64,000 nt of DNA from contig JAANOX010000111.1 of NCBI GenBank assembly GCA_020184695.1, forward strand, positions 1-64,000. Direction: 5' to 3'. Below, in pieces: positions 54,028-64,000 of the stretch (position 1 is the stretch's first letter; each line of letters opens with the position of its first letter). Under the pieces are notes generated by a model. That model searched no databases and had not been told where the DNA came from. It saw nothing but the letters and a program-made list of their open reading frames with translations. Origin of the DNA: Histomonas meleagridis 2922-C6/04-290x (lineage: Eukaryota; Protista; Parabasalia). Both the position numbers and the translations under genes were made by a program.

Positions 54028-54678
54028 AGTTGGTGGGTAAAATGTGCGATTAATTTCAATTGAAAGTTTTCATATTTCTGTAGGCGCCGATTATTTTTTT
54101 GAGTTTTATACATAATTAACGGTTTCTGTGAAGAGATTCGGTACTTTTTTGTTAACCTTTCAAAAAAAAATACAGAAGACTTATTTATATATTTGATTGT
54201 ATGGAGAATATTCAATCAATTGATCATATATAAATAATTAACTATTAAAGTCACCTGAAAAACCATATCCGGTAGAAAATCCTTAACTATCCTACTTTGT
54301 TGGATAAAAGGTGCCAAAATTCTCAAAGTATAAACTTATTTTTTAACTATATGAGTAATCTCAAGATCATAGTCAGTTTATTTATCATTTCATAAATTTT
54401 TTAAAAGATCACCAAGCTTAATCTCACTATGAAGTGGTGCTTTGCAAGTTTATTCTGGATATTTTTCTATGGATGGAATCTCTTTTTATCACAAATTTTG
54501 AATGAAAAAATATGATGCTTTATAGGGATTATTCGGTGAATGGAAAATAATTTGGAGAACTTTTTAAAAATTGGTTGGATATGTAAAACTTTAGTAAGTT
54601 GAATTTCGTATTGCATAACAAGAAAAAACATTTAAAGATTTCTAAAAAAAAAAATTTATTATCGAAATAATTTATAAT

Positions 54679-56841
54679 TTATTCAAATAGTCTGAAAATA
54701 ATTTTATATTTTTCCAGTGCATATCTTACCAATTTCCTTACATTATATAATCCTCTTAAGAACAAATTATTAATTTTCTTTGTTTTAATTTTATCCGCGA
54801 ATATTTCTTTTTGCAATGTTTTAAATTTTGTTATTTCTTCTATTTCATTTTCGATGTCTTTAATTTCATTTTTTGCCGATTCTTTAAATTTATTTTTATT
54901 GAAATTTTCTTTTTTATTGATTAAAACATTTTTTTTCTTTTGAATGAATTCGAATATTTCCTTATCATTAATTTTTTTATTCACATTTTCTAAGTCATTA
55001 ATTAATTTATCGAATTCATCCATTTTATTTCTTAATATTTGGGCGTTATTAAATTCGGCCGAAAAACTTAAAACTTTTGGAAGAATATTTTTTAATTCGT
55101 TCATATTCATTTCTTTATCCCGATCAATTAATTGATGCTTAATGATTTCGATCTCATTTTTAATTTGCTCATAATATTCATTACCGAAAATTTCCACAAT
55201 TTCATTTTTCGGTGTTCCATTGTTATTCATTAATAAGAAATAAGCTGATTCCAAATCGTTTTGGATTTCGGAATCAATTTGATATGATGAATATGAATGT
55301 GACAAAATGTTAACAAAATTTGTACATTGTTTTTCATATTCATTAACTTTTTTAAATGTGATATTTTTACACAAATTATTTTTACATTTTTTAATATTCC
55401 TCAAATTAAAATATGAATCAATAGAAAAACTATACATAAAATCACTTACCTCTTCATCATTATCATCAAATATTTCATAATTATCTATTACATTATTTGT
55501 GAGATTCGTTTTGTAATCTTCACTTAACAAAATTTTGGCGGTTTTCGGCTTTTTCTGAAGTGTAAAGTTCCCAAATTCCTTTACAACGTTTCTCTTCCAT
55601 AACAAATGTTTTTGGTCGAATTTGTCATCGAATACAATTTCTACCATATTAACTCTCCGGTAATTAGGCTTATATCTCAAAACAAATTTGTTATTAGTGC
55701 TCATATATAGCGCGCCAAGTGTTAAAACTTCGTCAAAATTTAATGAATGACCAATCTTGATTCCTTGAAACGCTTTCGAAAGAGATTCTTGTATCTTTGG
55801 AATACGTGCAGAACCACCAAGTAATTCTATCTGATTAATCGGTATTCTTCCTCTTGAACTTAATGCAATATTCGTCGTGTTCACAACAAAATCGATTATC
55901 ATTTCTTCGAAGTCATTTCGTGTCACTGTTACTGAGTAATCTTTTCCATTTATATTTGGTATTTGTTGATGAGTTTCTTGAAGTAATGAAAGTTGTTGCT
56001 TTATCTTCTCTGAGGCTTGAAATAGTTTCATACGGTCGGACTCTGTAATGTTTTGAAGCTTAAGTTCGCGAATTAGATGTTTAACAAGTGAATTCGTCGC
56101 ATATGATCCACCAATGGAAAGATCAAAACCATAGGATAACTGTGTGACTACAATACCGTTGGGAGTGTTGCTAAACTCCATTACATAGGATTTGACAGAG
56201 GTGGCCCCAACATCAATAAATAATATCGTTTGAGGTATATTTCGAAATAGATCTATTTTCTCATGAACATAAAAAGAAGCAATGGATTCGATGTCACTAA
56301 TAAGTTTAGGAGAACGAAAACCAGCGCTTTTCAATAAATTTAATAATATGGTTGATTGGGTAACTGAATAAAAAGATGGATAAACAACAGTTACTTCTTG
56401 TGGGATGGTACCAAATACAAATTTGGAATAAAAATGAAGATAGGCAGAACTCATGTTGAGAAGGCCAAATGTAGAATTAGCTGAAAACGGAAAACCAAGA
56501 TTTTGAATAAGGGAATTTGTTGCTGAATTCATTAAGCCAATAAGTGAAGGAAAAAATCCAGTGCCTGTCCATGAATTTTTGGTGATTAAGTTCATTGCAT
56601 CTTCACCAATTTCACATTGAAAATGACTTAATATCTCTGAGTTTAGTAGCAATGAAGGGTTGTATGTTTTAGGTGTTCGAAATGCAAGAAATGTGGGTGT
56701 TAATCTCTTTGTTTGGAGATTAAATAAAATAGATGGATTTCCATCTTCTGATAAATTGCCACTCTTTGTGTAAAATGATCCAAAGTCTATAGCATATGAG
56801 TCATTTCGCACTGTGAGTGCCAAAGAAAGCAAAAATAACAT
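54679..56841 (-). CDS. ER-targeted Hsp70-superfamily protein (Grp170/HYOU1-like, divergent)
   Basis: Signal peptide; AIDFGSFYTK, KRLTPT, FIDVGATS, IGGS, ELLGGSARIPKIQ and LNFDEVLTLGA. Confidence 0.8.
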   Translation of the reverse strand: MLFLLSLALTVRNDSYAIDFGSFYTKSGNLSEDGNPSILFNLQTKRLTPTFLAFRTPKTYNPSLLLNSEILSHFQCEIGEDAMNLITKNSWTGTGFFPSLIGLMNSATNSLIQNLGFPFSANSTFGLLNMSSAYLHFYSKFVFGTIPQEVTVVYPSFYSVTQSTILLNLLKSAGFRSPKLISDIESIASFYVHEKIDLFRNIPQTILFIDVGATSVKSYVMEFSNTPNGIVVTQLSYGFDLSIGGSYATNSLVKHLIRELKLQNITESDRMKLFQASEKIKQQLSLLQETHQQIPNINGKDYSVTVTRNDFEEMIIDFVVNTTNIALSSRGRIPINQIELLGGSARIPKIQESLSKAFQGIKIGHSLNFDEVLTLGALYMSTNNKFVLRYKPNYRRVNMVEIVFDDKFDQKHLLWKRNVVKEFGNFTLQKKPKTAKILLSEDYKTNLTNNVIDNYEIFDDNDEEVSDFMYSFSIDSYFNLRNIKKCKNNLCKNITFKKVNEYEKQCTNFVNILSHSYSSYQIDSEIQNDLESAYFLLMNNNGTPKNEIVEIFGNEYYEQIKNEIEIIKHQLIDRDKEMNMNELKNILPKVLSFSAEFNNAQILRNKMDEFDKLINDLENVNKKINDKEIFEFIQKKKNVLINKKENFNKNKFKESAKNEIKDIENEIEEITKFKTLQKEIFADKIKTKKINNLFLRGLYNVRKLVRYALEKYKIIFRLFE

Positions 56842-57972
56842 TAAATTTTATTTGGCCAAATAAAAATTCTTCAAGGAATATACACTTAAAAAAATATCCT
56901 TTTTATGAATAGCTCAATCACACATATTAAAATGGCTTCTGATATTTACAAGATGGTTATTACAAGTTTTTATTAGAAATTTAATTAAAATCTTTAACAT
57001 CCAAATTTAGATATGACTATAAAATTTTAAAAACGAGACGCTTTTTTAATAGCCGTACATGTACCAAAATGGAATGTTTGTTTAAAAATTGTCCAATTAT
57101 TAAAATCATTTACCAATGGGTAAATCAATGGATGTTGACTTTTTGAATAAAAGCACGTTAATTTTACTGAAGAAAAACTCAAGATCACCATTGTCTCAGA
57201 TGAAAAGAACAAAATAGGAAAAACCTTGATAAATCTTGAGTTTTTTTTGACAAAAATTATTCAGGGAATTCAAAAATTATAAAAATAAATTGAATATAAA
57301 ATTTTATTTTTTTGAGTGAATTTATAATTTTTTTTAGCTCAATGTTCATGATTCCATAGGTTCTTTCGATCTACTTATTTTGTTGATACTTGTATCTGTT
57401 TTGATTATAAACGTTAATGTTTTTGTTTCGTTTATGATGTATCTCAATAAAGGTTGTAGACAATATCAAAACCCCTGTAGCACTTATTGCTAGCATATAA
57501 TCCTTCATAATAAGATGGTTTTTAAAGATTGAAAATTCAGTGATTAATTATTTTTCTTCCTTATCTTCAGTTATTAGATCTAATATGTCTTCGGTTATGA
57601 TAAGTTGAAACTTTAAGAATCACCTTTACTTCTTAATATGACATATTTTGTCAAAATGATTGTCCAAAATAATTATCTGTTTTTCCTAAATATTCACAGG
57701 TTCGATTTACACACTGTCAAGGGTCATCCCATTTTGTGCTAATAACCGCAAACCAGAAAATTTTCAGAAGGAAACGAAGTTAACTGTTCAAAAAGTGAAC
57801 AGCAGCATAAAACGTTCTGCTAAAAACGATCGAAAAGTGCTGATTTGACTCAACCAGTTACAGTTGAAGTTAAAAAAAATATTCAAAAAGTTGAATTCTT
57901 CAATTCAAATTTGACTAGTCAAACTATAGAATAATTGAAGAAGCAAAAAGTACCCAACAAGTCGACAGCCCC

Positions 57973-60900
57973 ATGAAGAACTTCCAGCAACTGTTAATTT
58001 CAATCGTTGTTAGTATAATTTTATCTTCTTCTATGTTTTGGAATCAAGAGAAAAAGACCTTAATTTTGAAATTTAATTCTCCTTCTTTGAATTACCAAGT
58101 TGATAGAAAAAACTATATGCAATTTACGAGCACTATGGCTTTAATAGAAAATTTTTCCATGAACTTTATACGGTATGATCAATTTACATTTAGGTTCCTT
58201 CGATTTTACATGTTGCAATTAAAAGTACAACAAAAAACCTCAACGTTACTCGAATGTTGTAAAAACAGATTTCTGATTAAATTAAATTTGTTTCATGATA
58301 ACCAAAAAAAAGAAAAACAATTTGTTTTTCCAAATTTTGCTTTATTACTTTTAATTCTCTTTTCTATGATCATTTTTGTTTTACATGTTTTCAAAGAAAA
58401 GAATCGCAAAGTAAAAATCAAAAATATTATTGCTCCGACATTATTTACCTTATTTTTTTCTTGTGCATTTCAATATTATGATGGGCGTACTTTGATCATC
58501 AATGAACCCAATGATTTCAACGATGTTAATAAATATGAAACAATGATTGTTGTTATTAATCCTGGTATTAGTGAAATTCCAAATAATGCATTCGAAAAAT
58601 GTTCTCGTTTAGATTCAGTAACAATTGGAAATACAGTTACAATCATTGGTGATTATGCATTTTCTGAATGTATAATGCTGCGTGAAATAGTAATCCCAAA
58701 TTCAGTTACGATTATTGGAGATTATGCGTTTTATTATTGTAGAATGCTGCGTGAAATATCAATCCCAGATTCTGTTACAATGATTGGAGATTATGCATTT
58801 GCCAATATTTTCGAATTATATACAATCACAATCGGAAATTCAGTTACAACCATTAGTGATTTTGCATTTTCTAATTGCTATTATTTAAATTATGTTGAAA
58901 TTCCTAATTCAGTTACAACAATTGGGAAACAAGTATTTTATCAATGTGATAATCTTCAATTTGTGAATGTCTCAAAAGATAATTTGAAATATTCTAATTA
59001 TGATAATGATGGTGTTCTTTATAACAAAAATATATCAAATATTATATTTTATCCTCCTCGAAAATCAGATGAATCATTTGAAATTCCAAATTCAATCATA
59101 ACTATTGAAGATTATGCATTTTCTAATTGACTATTTAAATTATGTTGAAATTCCGAATTCAGTTACAACAATTGGGAAACAAGTATTTTATCAATGTAAT
59201 AATCTTCAATTTGTGAATGTTTCAAAAGATAATTTGAAATATTCTAATTATGATAATGATGGTGTTCTTTATAACAAAAATATATCAAATATTATATTTT
59301 ATCCTCCTCGAAAATCAGATGAATCATTTGAAATTCCAAATTCGGTTCGAACTATTGAAGATTATTCATTTTATTATTGTACTAATTTAAATAATATTAA
59401 TATTCCAAATTCAGTTATAACAATCGGAGATTATGCATTTTATTATTGCAATAATTTGAATAATATTAATATTCCAAATTCAGTTATAACAATTGGAGAT
59501 TATGCATTTTATTATTGTTCTAAATTAATAACTGTTATTGTAGGCGAAAAAGTAGCAACAATTGGAAATTTTGCATTTTCTAATTGTAATAATTTAAATT
59601 ATGTTGAAATTCCGAATTCAGTTACAACAATTGGGAAACAAGTATTTTATCAATGTAATAATCTTCAATTTGTGAATGTTTCAAAAGATAATTTGAAATA
59701 TTCTAATTATGATAATGATGGTGTTCTTTATAACAAAAATATATCAAATATTATATTTTATCCTCCTCGAAAATCAGATGAATCATTTGAAATTCCAAAT
59801 TCGGTTCGAACTATTGAAGATTATGCATTTTATAATTGCGATAATTTAAATAATATTTATATTCCAAATTCAATTACAACTATTGGGAAATATGTATTTT
59901 ATTCTTGTAACAAATTAAACATTATTAATATTCCAAATTCAATTGTGACAATTGGAGATTATTCATTTTATTCATGCTCACTATGTTCAACATTTATTAG
60001 CAAGAACATTACAAAAATTGGGAAATCTGCTTTTCGTCAATGCACTGGTTTAACTAATGTAACTATTAAAAGCGCTTCTTTAAGTGTTGGTTCATCTGCT
60101 TTTTATTCTTGTTCCGACCTATTATATTTTGACGTGGATGTGAAAAATGAATTAATGATTGGCTCATCTGCTATACAAAGTTGCAGCAAACTAAGTTATA
60201 TTTATTTTAATGTGAAAAATGAATTAATGATTGGTTCATTTGCTATACGAAGTTGCAGCAAACTAAATAATATTTACTTTAATATAGAAAACAAATTAAC
60301 TGTTGGTTCATTTGCTATACAAAGTTGCAACAGCCTAAGTTATATTTACTTTAATGTTAAAAAGGAATTAATAATTGATTCATTTTCCATACAAGATTGT
60401 TCACAACTAAAATCTGTTTATTTTGATGTAGGACAAACACTCTCTATCCAATCATATGTTTTTTCTGATTGCGTAAATTTAACATGTATTTATTATTATG
60501 GAAAAACACCTCCAACAGTTGGACATTATGTTTTTGATAATACTAATGTAAATTCAGTTATGGTATATGAGGATTATCAAGGTGATAAATTCGGAACTTT
60601 AAGTGTAAGTAAAGGGATTACAGTTGACGAATGCATTCCAATGGCAACAAAATCATTCACAAGCACACCATCAAATACTTATACAGAATCAAACACATTT
60701 ACAAAGTCAAATGTATTCTCAAGATCAAATACATTTTCTAAATCCAATGCATTCACAGAATCACACACATTTTCAGAATCAAACACGTTTTCTAAATCTA
60801 ATGCATTCACAGAATCGCATACATTTTCAGAATCAAACACATTTTCAAATACATTTTCAGAATCACAGACATTTACTCATACGAATACTTTTTATGAAAA

Positions 60901-61396
60901 TTCTTTAAATGAATCATTTTTGACATGTTCAATCACTATCACATTAACACATTCATTATCATTTACACAAACAATTTTAATATATAAATCAACGAATTTA
61001 AAGACATTTTCTGTTTCATTATTTGAATCATTTTTCACATATATTCAGACAGAATATATTTATTATGAATATACAGTTATTGCATATACACTTTATTATA
61101 GTTATTATTTTAATTCATTTACGATTATATATGCTAAAGAAATGATAAGTAATACAAAAAGTAATACAATAATCATAGCTGTGAGTGTTTCAATAGTAAT
61201 AGTAATCATTATTATCTTTCTTATTATATTTATAATTCATTTTCGAAAACAAAAAGAACTAAATGAAACAGAAGCGAATAGTATTGAAGGAAATGAATAT
61301 GAGAACACATTTGAAACAGGAATCACTGTTTCTAATATTGATGAGGATCCATTTGCAGCAGATTTCAAAGAAGAAAAATTCATTAATTCAATGTGA
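57973..61396 (+). CDS. BspA-like LRR_5 surface protein split by a 2-nt deletion near 59128 (pseudogene or assembly error)
   Basis: TpLRR repeats (IPNSVTTIGDYAF), Ser/Thr stalk, TM and DPFAADF tail. TGA at 59128-59130 lies where sister repeats read TGCTATTAT or TGTAATAAT. The true start is unclear and probably at or after 58367. Confidence 0.85.
58888..59830 (+). repeat. Three near-identical ~230-250 nt internal duplications in BspA
   Basis: Unit starting AATTATGTTGAAATTCC at about 58888, 59138 and 59597. Confidence 0.9.
60660..60895 (+). repeat. 18-nt (6-aa) Ser/Thr stalk repeats
   Basis: TESNTF/TKSNVF/SRSNTF/SKSNAF/TESHTF/SESNTF series. Confidence 0.85.
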
Positions 61397-61958
61397 ATAA
61401 ATTATGTACTACTTTAAATAATTTTTTTTTTAAATAAAGTCAATCTGTTGAATAAAAATGTTTGTAATCGAACAAACATAGTCAATTCCAGTTCACTAAT
61501 ACTGTTATTTTTTCGCAGACGATATAGACTGCAATGAAAAACCTGTTGACCAACATTTTATTATAACCCATGTCTACACTGTAGCATTATTCATAGAGAA
61601 CATATTTAGTAATATATATTTAAAAATTTTTTTGGATTTAATTTTGTAATTTTCGCAATATCCCTATTTTTCATTTACTTCACTAAGGAGAACGTTAACA
61701 CAAAAAAATCTTTTTTCTAGATTTTCTTCACATATTTTAATTAATTTATATTTTTGGGACTGAACATATGTTAAAATTTCTATTTGCTAGCAAATTTTTT
61801 TAAAATTGTTGATTTTTTTCGAATTTTGTTGTCTACAGGTTTCTCATGGCAGTCTATGTATAATTTATCTCTAATTAAAACTCATTACAAAGAGTCAGTA
61901 GGCAGTGTTAAGTGTTTATTTAAGTGATTCTTTGGAAAAAAGAAAATTTTTGCTTTAA

Positions 61959-63545
61959 TCAAAGCTCAGCCTTTTCTTCCTCTTCATCAATTTCCTTTGA
62001 CTTTTCCTCGAGCAAAGGTGCCATTTCTTCCATGAATTTCAAGTTCTTCATTTGTTCATCAGGTGGTGCTTGATCTTGACTCATAAGTAATTGCATCATT
62101 TCCGCAGCCAAAGTTGCCTTATCCAAAGGAGGCTCTTCGAAAGGTAACTTATGAAGTCCATATCTATTAATCAATCTGATCAATGAACCTCTATCATTAC
62201 CACCTCTCATTGGTTGATCGTTTGTCTTATTCTTAGCAGGGAATATTCTGACATGGGGCACCCCCATCATGTACGGAAACGGTTTTTTGGCAGAATTTTT
62301 GACAACATCAATGAAACCGAATTTGAGGTTCTGAACATTCGCCTTTTCACATTCACGTGCGAAGTCGAGGAACTTGGGGAAGAATTCCTTACAGTGTTCA
62401 CAGTTTTCACGCTTGTAGATAACAACAACATCATTTTCAGGATCATCAACATATTCACCATATGTAAGACCAACAAGTTTCTGAACGTTGAAATCAGATT
62501 TGGGTGGAACATCTTCTGAAACATATGATGGTTGGATTTCTCCTGAGAGAACTTTTCCAATCATTAATGTTGCAGCTGATAACCATTTCTCGGTGAAGAA
62601 TGGCTTTCCAATCAAGTCATGGAAGAACTCTGTTGTGTTATAGTGGATGTTTTGATCGAGATTAAAGAGAGCAATTCCTGGATGGATATCATCATATCCT
62701 TCATTAGTACAACGTTCGATCATACTTTTGACATTTTGACCAGCGAAGCCAACTGTTATGTTAGGGAAACGAGATCCCATTTCGAAGAGGAAATCTCTGT
62801 ACTTAGATGAGATCTTTTGATCAATTAATGCTAAAACAAGCTTCTTAGGCTTCTGAAGATCTGACGCTTTGAGGATACGATACTTAGGGAATGTAGCGCG
62901 GAAGATATCTCTGAGTTTAGGTTCAATTGATACAATATTCATATCATCTTTTCTAAAGAAACCAAGAACTTTGTCATCAATGCCGAATGAGTGAATGAGT
63001 TCTGTTGTTACAGGTACAATATGAACTGGACCAAGTCTTCTGCCAGCTTCATTTCGAATGAATTCAGCATCTTGGATATTTTCTTTAGTTGTTAAAATTG
63101 TAAACAAATATGGACCCATCAAAGTATTGAGTTCCTTGAGAGACTTAGCTTCTGTGTGGTTATCATCGTTGATAATATAATCAAATAAATAAAGAAGTGC
63201 TGATTCTGTTGGTGGGTATATGTACGTAGCCATGTATATTCCATGGTAGTAATATGCTATGAAAGGAAGATGTGTTTTGTGCTTATCAGCAAACCTTTCA
63301 GCATATTGGCTTTCAAAGATGGCAAATTTTGCTTGACCTCCAAAAAGCATGGCCATGTCGTGAATGTGCTCGTGATAAACATTTGTTAATTTATCGCCTG
63401 CTTCAAGACCAAGAACAAATAGATGTGCTGTTCCATATGTATAATTATCAATTTCAGATTTTTTAATCACCTTCGTAATCGGTTTGGATGTGGAAGAGAA
63501 TGGAACGTATATGGATGAGACTAATGTTGAGAAAAGGAGAAACAT
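61959..63545 (-). CDS. PDI-like multi-thioredoxin ER protein
   Basis: Signal peptide; single CEHC in the last Trx domain; GVPH cis-Pro loop; C-terminal KAEL. Confidence 0.85.
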   Translation of the reverse strand: MFLLFSTLVSSIYVPFSSTSKPITKVIKKSEIDNYTYGTAHLFVLGLEAGDKLTNVYHEHIHDMAMLFGGQAKFAIFESQYAERFADKHKTHLPFIAYYYHGIYMATYIYPPTESALLYLFDYIINDDNHTEAKSLKELNTLMGPYLFTILTTKENIQDAEFIRNEAGRRLGPVHIVPVTTELIHSFGIDDKVLGFFRKDDMNIVSIEPKLRDIFRATFPKYRILKASDLQKPKKLVLALIDQKISSKYRDFLFEMGSRFPNITVGFAGQNVKSMIERCTNEGYDDIHPGIALFNLDQNIHYNTTEFFHDLIGKPFFTEKWLSAATLMIGKVLSGEIQPSYVSEDVPPKSDFNVQKLVGLTYGEYVDDPENDVVVIYKRENCEHCKEFFPKFLDFARECEKANVQNLKFGFIDVVKNSAKKPFPYMMGVPHVRIFPAKNKTNDQPMRGGNDRGSLIRLINRYGLHKLPFEEPPLDKATLAAEMMQLLMSQDQAPPDEQMKNLKFMEEMAPLLEEKSKEIDEEEEKAEL

Positions 63546-64000
63546 CCGAATGTCAAGACGACAAAACCGCCGTCAGAAACCAAACAAAGTTTTGTAACTT
63601 ACTGAAAATATTTGTTCAAAGAATTGTGGGAAAAAAATGATGACAATTATTTGTTTTGAATCCTAGAAATTTTGAACGAAGACTGTAATCAATTTGAAAC
63701 AAAGTAAAGCATTGAAAGAGTCATGTACACTTTTTCATTACCCATGATATAAGTTAAAAGTGACATAACCGGCGCTAAAAATTCAGCTTGATGTAAGCTA
63801 TGAAGAAGATGAAATAAAAGTTAAAATTTTCTTGTTTTTTTTGCCAAACAGTAGAAACTATGTAAGGAAATGCATATATGAATCATCAATATCATTTAAT
63901 TTTGATAAAAGTGCAATACATTAGAAATTTTGTTTTTATTTTTCAAATTTATACTTATTGCTAAATTCCCTATTCAAAAAAAAAATATACAAATTTAAAT

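Noticed and set aside
57973-58366. N-terminal 130 aa of the BspA ORF as real protein
   Set aside because: Low-complexity AT-rich read-through upstream of the signal-like LFTLFFSCA; probably not translated.
4496-63466. Numerous 60-170 aa ORFs antisense to or overlapping the called genes
   Set aside because: Shadow frames with no domain signatures.

Overview
AT-rich eukaryotic DNA in the standard code. Mostly intron-less compact genes, BspA leucine-rich repeats, DUF3447/ankyrin genes, an NlpC/P60 peptidase and introns with a fused CTAAC..AG end point to a parabasalid (Trichomonas/Tritrichomonas/Histomonas-like; the species cannot be fixed from sequence alone). The window holds about 28 protein genes (beta-COP, Vps15, Rpn12, Naa20, Bcd1, Skp1-like, Cdc50, Grp170-like, PDI-like, R2R3-Myb, CAMK kinase, C9orf72-like, several glycosyltransferase-like genes), one tRNA-Asp, a TIR/TSD-bounded MITE, pogo- and Tc1-like transposase relics, and several gene fragments. 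Two spliceosomal introns can be read directly (71 nt in the kinase; 23 nt in the Skp1-like gene). The most unusual structure is 24152-26072 (minus): downstream of an intact DUF3447 ORF, 11 open ankyrin modules are each preceded, at the same codon position, by an 80-87 nt stop-containing spacer. These spacers have no AG acceptor and no CTAAC branch point but carry a TGGAA motif at a fixed position, making them candidates for non-canonical splicing or translational bypassing. All homology calls are by eye from motifs; no searches were run.
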